Made by a program: the position numbers and the translations under genes. Below, in pieces: positions 13,350 through 35,053 of a DNA stretch of 64,000 nucleotides; the stretch's first letter is position 1; each line of letters begins with the position of its first letter. The notes below the pieces were generated by a model. It made no database searches and was not told where the DNA came from. It saw only the letters and a program-made list of their open reading frames with translations. The stretch comes from Flaccisagitta enflata (lineage: Eukaryota): NCBI GenBank assembly GCA_965153355.1, contig OZ231126.1:41478001-41542000 (forward strand). The letters run 5' to 3'.

Positions 13350-13550
13350 CTTCCTTTTGTCTTTCCTTCGTCTTTCCTTTGTCTTTCCTGTGTCTTTCCT
13401 TTGTCTTTTCTTTGTCTTTCCTGTGTCTTTCCTTTGTCTTTCCTACGTCTTTCCTTTGTCTTTTCTGTGTTTTTCCTTTGTCTTTTCTTTGTCCTTCCAT
13501 TGTCTTTCCTTTGTCTTTCTTTGTCCTTCCTTTGTCATTCCTTTGTCTCA
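13350..13550. repeat. 11-bp minisatellite (TTTGTCTTTCC)n
   Basis: Directly visible degenerate tandem repeat. Confidence 0.8.
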
Positions 13551-13752
13551 CATTGCAATATTGGACTCGATCACCATTATATGTTGCCTTTCCTATGACA
13601 GTTTTAGAAAAGATAGGCTCTCACCCATGCCATGGATAGAAAAAATGATTATATTTGACCCTTCTCTTTACTTAATGCTTCTTGGGTCAAAGCAGCATAA
13701 TGATCATCGCCGTCGTCTTTTATCTTGATCGAAAGCATCATTATAGTTGTTG

Positions 13753-13835
<83 letters not shown>

Positions 13836-14233
13836 GTGATGGACCAGGAGCTACACTCAAACCATGCAACTTTGCAATGAGTTACCAAGAGAAGGACCAA
13901 TTTTTGGCCAAGAAGAGCATATGAACGAATAAATGAACGATTGCATGAAAATGAACGTGGGAACAGAGTAGATAGGAGACGTAACAGGAATGATTGATAT
14001 CAAAATCGTTTTAGACAGTTGAAACTTTCCTGCGACAGTGAGACCGACTGAGAAACGGACGGACGAACATGACACAAAAAAACCAGACGGACAAATGGTT
14101 GGACTGATATAACTGCTCCGGCGCACGACTTTTTGAGAAATAAAAATGTCCTTAATGAAAAAAGGCAAAGTTCGGGCGATAAATATTCGGCTAACTTGTT
14201 GGCATAAAAAAGGTCTCAATATGGTGTGAGAGC

Positions 14234-14456
<223 letters not shown>

Positions 14457-15974
14457 GACAGACTGACAGACAGGCAGACAAACAGAGACAGATAGTGACA
14501 GACAGATAATCAGAGTTTGACGGACGGATGGATGGACGGATACTTGGACGGACGCACTAAGCGGGCTGTAGAGTCGCGTGCACGCCACCAAAAAAAAGAG
14601 AGAGTGAGAAAGCCAGAGAGATCATTCAGGTTCTTTTTCTTATAGCGTCCTTGCACATTTATCAGAGTTCATATCCGTTAGTTGGTCAGTCGGTTGGTCG
14701 TTTAAGCTGCACATAACGGCTAATTCTGAAGTCTTTCCTTACCATTCATGTGTTCCTAATTTCATTTTCATTCATCCATTCATTCATTCATTCATTCATT
14801 CATTCATTCATTCATTCATTCATTCATTCATCCATTCATTCATTCATTCATTCATTCATTCATTCATTCATTCATTAATTTGATCATTCATTCATTCATT
14901 TAATCATTCATTCATTCATTCATTTAATCGTAACTCATTCATTTATTCATTTATTCATTCATTCATTCATTCATTCATTCATCGACTCATTAATTCATTC
15001 ATTCATGCATTCATTCATTCATTCATTCATTCATTCATTCATTCACTCATTAATTCATTCATTCATTCATTCATTCATTCATTCATTCATTCATATGTTC
15101 ATTCATTCATTCATTCATTCATTCATTCATTCATCTATTTATTCATTTTTTCATTCATTCATTCATTCATTCATTCATTCATTCATTCATTCATTTAAAC
15201 CTTCATTCATTCAATCATTCATTTAATCAGCATTCACTCATTCATTCATTCATTCATTCATTTAATCATTCTTTTATTCATTCATTCATTCATTCATTCA
15301 TTCATTCATTCATTCATTCATTTATTCAGTCACTAAATCATTCATTCATCCATTCATTCAGTCATTCATTCATTCATTCATTCATTCGTTCATTCATTCA
15401 TTCATTCATTCAATCATTTATTCATTCATTCATTCATTTATCAAAAATGTTCATTCACAAATTCTTAATCAGAGAGGCGCAAAAAGTGGCCATAACCTGG
15501 CCCTGTTTAGCTCAAGTGATTCATCAAATCGACATGGATATTGCCTTCTTCACTAAGTTATTGGTTAACGCTCACTCAGAATATTGCTTCACCATGCTAA
15601 CGACACTAACTCACGGAAAAAGACGTAAAAAATGAAGGAGCTGATAGAAAGCCTATATTCGCATAGAACCTGATTGAATGGACTTCCTAAGACTTCTGAC
15701 GTAAGAGACGATAAGAGATATTGCTCGCCACCACAGACAAACAGACAGACAGATGAATGACGACCGTCGATGTATATTTTACGACCATCAAGAAATTTAT
15801 TCGAATTGATAGGTGCGACAAAGCACCTCTATAACTGGCTGTGTCCGTTGGTCGGTCTGTCGGGTAACGCATTCGTTTGACATAGCTGTTTGCTGAGGTG
15901 CGGTATTTGCAAAAAACTGCAGCTAAGGTGCGATATTAACCTTAACTGTTTTTTTTTTACCGGACCTCAGCAGT

Positions 15975-16310
15975 CATGGACGTAGGAGACGCCACGTCCA
16001 CCACGTCCATGGACGTGGTAAAAGTCGGTCTTGAAATTAAAGTCGGACTTGAATTAGGAGTGATTCTATGTTGAAAAACTTAAAATTTCTTTCAATTACA
16101 GTTTAAAAAGAAAAAATCTCAGCTGATTTTGTTTGAGATTTAACATAAAATACCTTTGGACAGAAGGTTTTTAATCAAGAATGATGCAAAATGTATAAAA
16201 ATATAATTTTTTCAAGAGTTTTCATGTTTTACATAAGTCGGTCTTGAAACTGACTCGGTCTTGAAATGTTTAGTGGACGTGGCAAATTTCGGAGCTCCCC
16301 TACATCCATG
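15975..16310. mobile_element. hAT-type MITE (innermost of a triple nest)
   Basis: TIR CATGGACGTAGG / CCTACATCCATG; exact 8-bp TSD TCAGCAGT (15967-15974, 16311-16318). Confidence 0.85.
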
Positions 16311-17368
16311 TCAGCAGTCCCACCGTTTGACGATCCACACGTCGCACCTTATTGGCCTACTTAGCTTTGATTCAAATTTCTTCCAAACAATTGCGAAGTA
16401 TTTGTTTGGGATCGACAGAGAATTTGTGTGTCTTCAAAAGCGAGCTTGTAACCTGCGAAGTGAGCGCATGGTCAATGGATAAATGAGCAGAGACTAGATC
16501 CAACCACGCAGCCCATGTTTCAGCCAATCGCATGAGAATCTTTCTTTTATGGATATCAGTTGTTGTAAAAAAAAAAGAGAACCTTACCAGCAACCACGTT
16601 TTAACCTTTACTCATCGATACATATCATTATCTTTATCACATGTAATGATATATATACAACAAATTCCCCTCCCCATCTAGCTTAATTACTAACGGCCGA
16701 GTTATTTTTTCCCGGCTCTCATGTTTTTCCCCCTCTCTTTCTCTCATGTTTTCCGATTGATCGCCTGCGGGTAGCGGGGAGGGGGGAGGGGGGAGGGGGG
16801 GGGGGGGAGAGGGGGAGAGAAGCTTAGATCAGCTCTCTTCTATTCATTATTGCAAGCGCGTGTTCCTTGCTTCATTGCCGCGTGCTCGCCGCGCCGCAAC
16901 GTGATTAACCTTTGCGTCTATCTTTCTCTTGAATTTGTCTCACTGTCTCTGTCTGTTTTCGTCTATTTCTGTAGTAGGATCTACCTTTGCCTTTTGCTTT
17001 TTGACCCGGTATCTGTTTGAGTTTTATCATTGGTCACTGCCCAACGTGCTTTCCTGTCCGTCACAGCTCCGTCCTGGTATCTATGTCATGTCTTTCCGAT
17101 CCAAGTGTCCATGGTTTCTGTCTGTAGATCTGTTTGCCTTTCTAGTCATCGATTTTTCTGTGTCTGTTATCGTTTTGCTTTTTTTTTTCATTTCATCAGC
17201 TTTTACTGATTTCTTTTCATCTTCTGGTCAATCTGCTTTGTCCATACGAATCCGCTTTTTCATAAAAACCGACTTCATTCCAATTCTTTTGATTGAAAAT
17301 CTTATTGACTTTTTTCTAATTTTGTTTTTTTTTCTCCCATATCGATTTCTTCCTTTTCTTCTCGTTCA

Positions 17369-17461
<93 letters not shown>

Positions 17462-17798
17462 CGTTTCTTCTTTTTCTTTTTCTTTTTCTTTTTCTTTTTC
17501 TTTTTCTTTTTTTTCTCTTTCTTTTTTTTCTTCTTCTTCTTCTTCTTCTTCTTCTTCTTCTTCTTCTTCTTCTTCTTCTTCTTCTTCTTCTTCTCCTTCT
17601 TCTCCTTCTTCTTCTTCTTCTTCTTCTTCTTCTCCCATTTCTTTTTCTTCTTCATTCATCTCTTCTTCTTCGTCTTTGTCCTCTTGTTCATTTTTCATTA
17701 CTTTTTTCTTTTTCTTTTTCTTTTTCTTTCTTTTTTTCTTTATCTTTTTCTATCATCCATATAATCTCTTCCTCATTCTTTCCGCTTTTCTTTTTCAG

Positions 17799-18203
17799 AT
17801 CCGGCAGAGACAGCAGGATGTCGGGCGGCTAAAACTCACGGGTTTGGGGTGGAGCGCCTCTCCCCATCACGTCCTCTTCCATCGAAGACAGCAACAACTG
17901 ATAACAAATAAAAAACCGAAACGCACATTTGCAACAGCAACAGCAACTGCAACTGCAACATCAACAGCAACTGCGCGAGGTCTAAGAATAGAAGAAAAAA
18001 AAGATCAAACGAAATCAAAGCAACCAAAACAAAAGCTTCATAAACAATACCAACATCTTCCTAGCGATTCGTGCATTATAACCTAGCAATCGCCGACACT
18101 TTGATTCATTGATTGATTGATTTAAATAAGTTCTGTCTCCCGTGATGAGCAATTAATAATCGGTTGAATCTCCAATAAAGAGGAAGATCCCGAATTAAAA
18201 GAG
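17799..18203 (+). other. Candidate non-coding 5' UTR exon of the large gene
   Basis: Very long polypyrimidine tract + ttttcag acceptor, GAG|GTAAGA donor; unique sequence with no convincing ORF. Confidence 0.45.
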
Positions 18204-18871
18204 GTAAGATGATCTTGATTTAGATTGAGGATTGCCAAAAAAATTTGACTAATCCTTGCATACAAATGTGATTTTGGTTACTGTGTCATGAATACAAGCC
18301 TAACTTTGATAACTTGGATAACTTAGATGAAGGATGGGGGGCTGGAAGGGGGTTTGGGCTCAGGAGTGGATACTGTATAGTGGACAGTAATTATTGAAAA
18401 TGGGAAAAAGCATGTTTTTAAAGCGTGCGCTGAAAGAGATCGGTTTCAAATTTCGTCAGAAATGTGGGGATTCAAAGAGAGATCCATGCAATCCTTTCAC
18501 AGGCGGTAGAATACAAGGAAAGTACAGGGATCGTTGGGGGAAAACACTGGGTTGTGGGGTTTACTTGACCGGTAAAAGAAAGCATTAGCCGAAGCTTCGA
18601 TAGGATTAAGCAGACTACTATTTACGGCTGTGTGGAGTCGCGGTATTTGACTGATAGTCTCTCTGTAGGAAATGAATTAGATCCGCGTATCCGCGCGAAA
18701 AAAAGGCCGTTTTCAGGTCACGGAAAGGAATTGAGGCCTGAGCACAAGCCCATTCGAGATCGCCATTTTTGATTAACGGTTAAAGAACTCCTTCGCCCTC
18801 GCCTGCGCCCTCGTTTATGGGAAGAAAAGGAATGGAAAGGGTAGTCAGAAAGACAACAATCGGTGTGTGTA

Positions 18872-18962
<91 letters not shown>

Positions 18963-19728
18963 TATGATATATTGAAGAATCATCACCAGAGTCACAGCTC
19001 TGCACACTGGAAAATAGGGCATGCTTACCCGTCTGTACCATCTGTCTGGAGTCTGTCAGAGCAATGGTTTACATTTTTGTACATAGAGGCCACCTCTTTT
19101 GATTGCCAGAAAGTGCAATGAAAACAAAAAACTCTCACTCCCCTGCAGCTTCTCCTGCCTCTCTGCTGTCTCTGCTGTTCCTCAGCTGCATTTTGGTCCC
19201 GTTTTTTAAGGGAAAAAGTCGATGAAAGATGCGATGATGGATTTCCATAATGGAATGAGCATATATTGCAACTATTTTCCATGTGCTATAACTCCTAAAG
19301 TGATAAAAAGTGTATCTTCAGATTTTGAACCTAGAATCGTTATTGCCATAGCTACAGATAGAGCCTAGTCTTCCCATGGCAAAAGGCGGCAATGGATTTT
19401 TTTTCTGTCTCAGTAATGATATAAAGAGGAAAACATTACTAAAAGTAACTTTCTGGGCAATACAAGATAAAGAATTGTTCAAAACTGGTGTGGATCACTT
19501 TCCATAAGACCTATCTATAGATCTATCAATCAAAAATTGAAATAAAAAAATCATTGTTTATTCGCCATATTACTAAAAAAACGCCCTAAGTGCTCTGGGC
19601 GCATTGTTCATTTCTCCGGAAGAGCGCTTGTCCTCATAGGAGATTAATGCTGTTTAAGGTACTGTCTTAAAACCTGTCTGAAAAACTGTCTTAAAAACTG
19701 ACTTGGCAACTGTCTTAGAAACTGTCTT

Positions 19729-19815
<87 letters not shown>

Positions 19816-20482
19816 CAGAGAGAGACAGAGAGACAGAGAGACAGAGACAGAGAGAGTCACATGAGGGCAGCTAAGGAAACGAAGATAAAGTAATAGGCAA
19901 AGATGCAAACAAGTAACGACGGGTTACAATATCGTCACGGAGGGGTGGGCACGGGCGTTCAACCCCAGTCCACACCCTCAGCCAATCCCCAAAATACACA
20001 AGCATTTGGTACGCTGGTTATTCCACTTTTCGACTCAATCATTACCATGGACGGACAGACCGACGGACGGACAAAGCCTCGTTTAGAGTCGCTAGTCCGC
20101 GGCTAAAAACTAGACAGAAGAATAGATCAAGAGAGAATCATTAGAAGTGCAGACGGGACGACTTAGAGCAGTAGTTACAGAAACATTCAGACGGAGACAG
20201 AGACCTGAGAGCCTCATCTGTTTTGGTTGTTAACCATTTCTGTGACCATCTGGTTAAAGCCACCTCCCGATTAACTTTTTGTAGATGACACAAAAGCGTC
20301 CCTGACTCTGTTTCTGTTTGATGAAAAAAAAAGAACTCTGAGTGAACTCATTTCAGAGAAGTTTTTTCTTAGCATGGCTCAAAACAGAAACTCTTAGGGG
20401 CATGGATCTGGAGTCCAGATTCTGTTTATGAATACTAAGTACCAGTAAAGGCGGCTCTCGCCGACCGGAAAAAAATCGTAAA

Positions 20483-20566
<84 letters not shown>

Positions 20567-20589
20567 TGATTGTCTGTCTGTCTGTCTCT

Positions 20590-21478
20590 CACCCCTCTGT
20601 TTCTCTCTGTCTCTATCTCTCTCTCTCTCATTCTCTCTCTCTCTTCCTCCCCCTCCCTCTCCCTCTTTCCCTCTCTCTCTCCCTCCCTCTCTTTTTCTCC
20701 CCCCTCTTCTCTCTCACTCCCTCTCTCCCTCTCTCTCCCTCCTTTTCTCTCCCTCTCTCTCCCTCCCTCTCCCTCCCTCCCTTCCTCCCTCCCTCTCTCC
20801 TTCCATCCCTCCCTCCCTCTCTTCCTTCCCCCTCCCTCCCTCCCCTCTCCCTCCCTCTGCCCCTCCCTCTCCATCCCCCTCACCCTCCTTCCCTCTCCCT
20901 CCCTCTCCCTCTTCCTCTTCCTCCTCCTCCCTCTCCTTCTCTCTCCTTCCCCCTCTCCCTCTCTCTCCCTCCAAGAGGCAATATGTGGTCAGCGATACCG
21001 TCCCTCCCTCCCTCTCTCCCTCCCCCCCTCCCTCTCCCTCCCCCTCACCCTCCTTTCCTCTCCCTCCCTCTCCATCCCCCTCTCCGTCTCTCTCCCTCCC
21101 CCTCTCCCTCCCTCTCCCTTTCTCTCCGTCCCCCTCTCCCTCTCTCCCTCCCCTCCTTCCTCTCTCTCTCTTTCCTCTCCCTCCCTCTCCATCCCTCTCC
21201 CTCCCCCTCCCTCCCCCTTTCCCTCCCCCTCTCTTCCTCCCTCTTTCCCTCCCTCTTTCCCTCCCTCTCCCTCCCTCCCTCCCTCCCTCCCTCTCCCTCC
21301 TTCTCTCCCTCTCCCTCCTTCCCTCCCTTTCCTTCCCTCCCCCTCCCTCCCTCCCTCTCCCTCCTTCCCCCTCCCTCCCTCCCTCTCCCTCCTTCCCCCC
21401 CTCCCTCCCTCTCTCTCCCTCCCTCTCCCCCTCCCTCCCTCCCTCCCTCCCTCTCCCTCCCTCTCCCTCTGCCCTCTG
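20590..21478. repeat. ~0.9-kb homopyrimidine/homopurine (CCCT/CT) tract
   Basis: Almost only C and T on the + strand, apart from a ~30-bp interruption near 20973. Confidence 0.9.
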
Positions 21479-22310
21479 CTGAACTGATTTTTGTTGTTAC
21501 TTAGTGCCAAAAATTGAGATCGATGAAAAATATCGATCTCTGAGAAATATGCGGAAAATGTGAAAAAATAAAAAAAGATTAAAAAATTCATAGCGCCTAA
21601 AGTATTGGTCCGACAGTGCCCTGCTTTTTTCCAGAAGGTGTAAAAAAGTGCCCTCTTTCACCCTGTACCAATTTCAACCCCAGCCTCGGGCGAGCCTAGT
21701 CGTGACCCAACTTCCCCAAAACATCTCAAGCGAAAATGGGAAAAATTAATTCCTAAGCGAAACTCAAAAAATCGAAAAACGTTTTTCGATTTTTTTCCCA
21801 ATAAACTATTGTCGGGGTTCATCGGCCGGGCGAAGAATATTGTCAGGATTGTTGTTGAAAGTCAGTGGTTCGGTTATTACAGTTCACGGGAATTGTTATG
21901 CTAAAAAATTGCTAATAGCCATGAAAAAGTTGAAATGAAATTAAAAGAGGAATGTTTAGTTTTATCATGAGTTGGACAACATTACTTTACAAAAAATTTT
22001 AGCATTAGTACTCCAAATGTAGGGCTTAAATTTTTGACTTTCTAGTTCGGAGAGGCACATCTATTAGAAGCTTTGTCCGTTCGTCGGTCCATCCGTCGGT
22101 CTGTCAGTCCGTTAGTCAGTAACGCACCAGTGGAAAAGTGGGAAAACGAGCGTTTTAGATGCTTTTTGGGCATGTGTGTTGGTAAAGGGGGTGTGGACTA
22201 TGGATGGGGTTGGATGGCCCTTTCCACCCGTCCGCAACGATATTGTGACCTCGCGTCACTTGTTTCAAGACGAGCGATATCTGATGATCAATTGACAATG
22301 ATGAGATTCC

Positions 22311-23041
22311 CAGGCCTTTTTTTAGAGCGAGCCCGCGAGCCATTGGCTCTCTATGTTGCTGCCGGGCTCTCTGGTTTCGCTGGCTCTGAGCCCGGCTGGC
22401 TCTCTCAAAATTGAAACCATATTTTTAACTCAAATGGATTGAGAGACTCTTGTAAAATCATAAGAAGAAAACCGAATTCACAAGTTAAGAGAGACTGCCA
22501 TAGTCATCTTGTCAAATGTGAATCTATCAACAAGTAAAGCATCTCATTTTTTCATGTAAATGTGTCTAATATGAAAAGCTAACATGTGATGATTTTTGCT
22601 TTCTTTAAATCCGCTTTATTTCTATCATGAGAGAGATGTAAGATTACCATTGAAAGATGTCAGTGTCATGGGGCTAACACATTTTTAAGAAATGGGGCAA
22701 AATGTTCAGTTTTTCGAGTCGTTTGCGCGCTACTCTATAACCTACTATGTTGGGCAGTCTGTCCATCTGTTGGTCTGTCCATCTGTCGGTCCATTCATTA
22801 ATTAGTCCTTCTGTTGCTCTATTGGTCAGTGACACTTTATTTTGCATTTACAAGTTATTTCAATGTAACTTCTCCTGCCCAAATGTTTTGTAGCAAATTT
22901 TCTCACTACCCCTGCCCGCTCAAACACAATATATCCAGCATTGTTTGTTTGGCGGGCTTGCTGTTTTGCCGTCGGGCTCTTTAGAATTGTGAGGAGCGAG
23001 CCCGGTTGGCTCTGCCAAAAAAATCACTAAAAAAAGGCCTG
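22311..23041. mobile_element. hAT-type MITE
   Basis: TIR CAGGCCTTTTTTTAG / CTAAAAAAAGGCCTG; exact 8-bp TSD GAGATTCC; subterminal GAGCC/GGCTC motifs; a degenerate HINE is nested at about 22715-22945. Confidence 0.9.
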
Positions 23042-24011
23042 GAGATTCCGCAACGTCCTTGCCAAGCATGAAACTCGATAACACAAATAAATCAGTGAAG
23101 ATGAACGTTAGTTGACAGAATTACTAGACAGATAAGATTAATTTTCCTCTCGTTTACTTTTTTTGCCGTCTACTCATGCGTACGATTTGCTACTGGCTTC
23201 AAACTTTTTGTTGGTCCGTCGGTTCATGGTCGAGATAGTATATACGTATCTCTTTTTTCAGGCTTCATTTTATCTTAAGATTTTACTTTTCGATACTACT
23301 CGATACTTCCCTTCCCCCCCCTCCGCCCACCTTTGCAGGTGACTCGCACCACACTGCATGAAGAAGTAACTCATTTCGCATCTCAAAGAAAACCAGAATC
23401 GACGCATTAAAAACCAGAAAAAAAGCCAAGTAGAAAAAGAAAAAAAAAGGAAAGAAAAAAAAGCACTTCTCACACTTGAATTTACCACTTGAACCTCTTT
23501 TGGCCTCGGCATTCATTCACAATTTAAGGCTACGTACACAAAAATACGACCTCATATATTTTCCCCGGGCCAAGAGTCATTTGCATGAACCTCATCTTAA
23601 TCAGGCCGAAGTAAAGCGAAACCGGCCAGTCTTGAAACACACGAAAAAAAGTGCAAAGAATCCATTGATATCCGCACACTGTCTCACTGCCGTTGTAACA
23701 TTTATATATGTGAATATACATAACGTAGTAAAAGCGTAATTCGAGATTTAATTTTGCACGATATCTACACCAATATATATACATATATCTCAACCAACCA
23801 AAGATTCTCACTAACGAATTATTACTTGTACTTATTGCCATCCATTACTTCAAAAACAACAGTATTATCTCTACTTTTTACAAACCACTGAGTACATTTT
23901 GTACAAAGCTGCAATTCAGTGATATTAGATCCACTAGTCGTCGATTATATAGTTATTTCTACCCGTAATTGTACATTTAAACATATCAATTTGAGCAATA
24001 AATCTCAAATC

Positions 24012-24326
24012 ATGGCCTCACGAGGCAACATTGCCCAATCACGCAACGGGGGCAAAAACGCCGTGAGCCAATCACCAGCCGCCAAAATGAGCAAAACCAC
24101 ACCAACCGTGTCAACGCCCACTGCCCACACGAGTCTTGCAGTTCCCACAGCCATATCCACAACCAACACTGCCACCATTGCAAGGGCCAAGTCACCTATT
24201 GGGAATGGTAGTTCCAACAATACCACCACCACCAACAACAACAGCAATGGCGGTAACGACTGGATGCTGTCTGGCGTCAGAGCCAGTAACGAAAAACTCC
24301 GCCTTGAAATAAAGAGACTGAAAAAG
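24012..24326 (+). CDS. JAKMIP: Coding exon 1 of a JAKMIP-like / SH3-FN3 giant coiled-coil protein (MASRGNIAQ...RASNEKLRLEIKRLKK)
   Basis: ATG at 24012 in ATCATGG context. 315 nt, donor AAG|GTGAGC, phase 0. ASNEKLR recalls the JAKMIP N-terminal ANEELR motif. The likely exon acceptor is at 23262 (tcttttttcag). Confidence 0.75.
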
Positions 24327-24419
24327 GTGAGCGGTCAATTCTACACATAGTCAAAGATAGGCCAAATAGGAACGAAAAGAACCAAAAAAATAATGATATT
24401 GGATATAATACCAATTATG

Positions 24420-24492
<73 letters not shown>

Positions 24493-24560
24493 CTACAACA
24501 ACTACGACAACAACGACAACAACGACAACAACGACAACAACGACAACAACGACAACAACG

Positions 24561-24677
<117 letters not shown>

Positions 24678-24850
24678 TCAACAAAAACAACAACAACGAC
24701 GACGATGACGACGACAACAACGAAAACTACAACACAGAATAAGGAACAAGACCAAGTTTTGAAAGTAACAAACAAAAACAACAGCAGCAGCAACAACAGC
24801 AACAGCGACATCATTCACATCTTCACTAACATCAATCTTTTCTTTCCCAG

Positions 24851-25036
24851 GATCTTGAGGCTGAGCGCCGCAACATCAAAGAGCTTTTCGTGCTGCATCA
24901 AGGGGATTTGCGGCAAGTGAGGCAGCAGGAGCAAGATCGAGCCCAAGCCCTCGTTAGTGACTTGAAAACCAAATTGAATCAAGAGAAGATCGCAGATTTG
25001 AACAAACAGAAGGAGAAGCTCACAAAGGATCACGAG
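24851..25036 (+). CDS. JAKMIP: Coding exon 2, JAKMIP-like coiled coil (DLEAERRNIKEL...ALVSDLKTKLNQEKIADLNKQKEKLTKDHE)
   Basis: ttttctttcccag acceptor, GAG|GTAAAT donor, 186 nt, phase 0-0. SDLKTKLNQEK resembles JAKMIP1 SELKAKLHEEK (from recall). Confidence 0.85.
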
Positions 25037-26020
25037 GTAAATTGAACACTCGATGACTGATAAGCTTTTATTCATTTACCCATAGATTTCGCTTCAGCTT
25101 TACATCTCAGTTTTTATTTTTAACTAATTTTAAGCAACATATTTCCTGTTATAATTTTGCCTTGTGGAAATTGAAAAATTTCATTTCACAAGGCCGACGT
25201 TAAATCTTTATTACCTGAAATATTGCTTTATTGATAATTCATTAATCATTGAAAGATCAATCGATTAATGTCATACTTATTTTGCACGCTTCTCTATAAC
25301 CTTCTCGCAATGTGTCGATTAGACCATCGGTCTGCTTTTACGTAACAATCTTCGCTTTTTGGTTCAATGAAGCTAGCTATTCTAATCAGATATTGTTGCA
25401 ATAGTTTTAAACCGTTTGATTTCAATATGTAACAAGCTAGTGATTACTAATCATATGATATGGGCCAACAGATGAACAAATCCAATTTGAAGTACAATCC
25501 AAAGATTGCCAAGGTATACCCTCATCTTATAAGTTATTACTGATGTGATAAACTGATATACGTCCTGTTCCCCTCGATTCCCCCCCAAAAAAGAAATGAA
25601 AAGCGCGGTCCAGAATTGCAGTTTTCTGTTGTTATTCAATGTTCGTCATTCATCGTTCTGAACACGATTGTCATTGTCGAGAATTGCCGAATCTTCGTGT
25701 TGTAGGTTCTGGTTAACATTTTACAACATCCCAGATCAAACTTCATCCGTTATCCGTCTAAGAGAGACTTTTTTCTTCCTTTCTTCTCCTTCAAAAAAGA
25801 AAAATTGCATTTGAGTTTTCTTTCAGTCTGAACCTTTATTCTCTCTTGCCAAGCTTCCCCATTTCTATGCATGGCGTTATGAGTAATCGGGGTTAGGGCT
25901 TGACCTCAATTTCCAAAATTATGAGCTTTTTATTCTCACCGGGTTAAAGTTACCATTCCACAATAAAGAGCAGGCTAATGGGTGGAACTTTGTCTTTCCT
26001 ATTTCTGTGTCTGTCATTGT

Positions 26021-26207
<187 letters not shown>

Positions 26208-26416
26208 ACAAGCAGTGTACATTGATACTTATGTGCCCGTACAATAAGACAATATCACTTTTTTTAGACGGTGACCGAGCCGTGTGATATTTTACCATTA
26301 GATTACGATGTTTACGTACGTCAACATATGTTTTAAAAGACTCTATTTCGATATTCAATATCCGTCGTTAATTTTGTTTTAATATTTGTGCTTTTTAAAC
26401 CATTTTCATTTCAAAG

Positions 26417-26581
26417 GTTGAAATGATCAAGATGACGAAGGAGCATCAGGACCAAGTTTGGAAGCTTTCCACCGACAAGAAGAAAGAAAAGGAGCAAGTC
26501 GTGAAAAATCTTTGGGACTCGAGAAAGACAGAAGATCAGAAACACGCGGCGCTCCTCACAGAGTTAGGAAAAGTTACGCAA
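26417..26581 (+). CDS. JAKMIP: Coding exon 3, coiled coil (VEMIKMTKEHQDQ...ELGKVTQ)
   Basis: ttttcatttcaaag acceptor, CAA|GTACGT donor, 165 nt, phase 0-0, in frame with ORF 26423..26605. Confidence 0.8.
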
Positions 26582-26970
26582 GTACGTAATTTTATGAATG
26601 AATGAATGAATGAATGAATGAATGAATGACTGAATGAATGAATGAATGATTGAATGAGCAAATGCATGAAACAATCAAAAATGAATAAAAAATGAATCAA
26701 TGAAAAAATGGATGGATGTATGCATAAATAGATAAAGGAATGAATAAGAAAATGAATGGATGAATAAATGCGTGAATGAATGAATGAATGAATGAATGAA
26801 TGAATGAAATAATGAATGGATCAATGACTGAATGAATGAATGTTTGAATGAATGAAATGAAGTAAAGAAAAAGAAAGAATGAATGAATGAATGAATGAAT
26901 GAATGAATGAATGAATGAATGAATGAATGAATGAATGAATGAATGAAGGAAAGAAAGGAAGAAAGATAAA

Positions 26971-27046
<76 letters not shown>

Positions 27047-27064
27047 AAAAAAAGAAAGAAAGAC

Positions 27065-27118
<54 letters not shown>

Positions 27119-27232
27119 TAAGAACTAAGGCAAAGGAGTTGTATGTCAACACGTGCGCTGTGTGGTTAGTTGAAAAATGCCTTACCGACCAACCAACCAA
27201 CGGACACAGGGTAAGAAGTGAAAGGAAGCAAG

Positions 27233-27328
<96 letters not shown>

Positions 27329-27355
27329 AATAAATAAAGAAAAAAGAAATGAAGA

Positions 27356-27397
<42 letters not shown>

Positions 27398-27525
27398 TGA
27401 TAAAAGAAAAAAAGAAAGAAAGAGAGAAAGAAAGCGAGAAAGAAGGAAAGAATGAAAGAAGGAATGAAGGAAAGAAGGAAAGAAGGAAAGAAGGAAAGGA
27501 GGAAAGAATGAAAGAAGGAAAGAAA

Positions 27526-27621
<96 letters not shown>

Positions 27622-27850
27622 ACGAATGAAAGAAAGAAAGAAAACAGAAAAAAAAAGAAGGAAAGAAAAAAGAAAACGGTTTTAAGAAAGAAAAAAGAAA
27701 GAAAAAAAAAAGAAAGAAAGAGATCGTAATGCTTGAATAGAATACAAATAAACTTTATTAAGGGAAATTCTCATATCCATTGCTTATTTGATCCTGCCCA
27801 CTGCCGCCCCCATCAAAACAAACAAAACAAAACAAAACAAACTCACACAG

Positions 27851-34835
<6,985 letters not shown>

Positions 34836-34865
34836 GTGAGTTTTTTTTTTTTCTATTTAGGTAGA

Positions 34866-35053
34866 TTTTTAGTCGCGTGCTTCCCAACACCCCGCTCTGT
34901 CCGTCCGTCCATCCGTTGGTCATAATTCACTTTTTTACGTTTTTTGCTTCTTTAACCTCACTGCTCCTGCTCAAATGCTCTAGTGATCTCAAATACGGCC
35001 CCGGGCCCCGGCTAACCCGCACGCGACTGAGGCCGTGTACATGTATCCGGGTT
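34866..35053 (+). mobile_element. HINE family A copy just after the giant exon
   Basis: TTTTAGTCGCGTGC...(GTCC)n...CACTGCTCCTGC...GCACGCGACT...GTATCCGG. Confidence 0.7.

Noticed and set aside
16929-18086. 385-aa ORF
   Set aside because: Mostly (GTT)n/(TTC)n repeats and pyrimidine tract; only 17799-18203 looks exonic, and likely non-coding.
20484-21504. Pro/Ser/Leu-rich 305-338 aa ORFs
   Set aside because: Open in all three frames because the C/T tract cannot contain stops.
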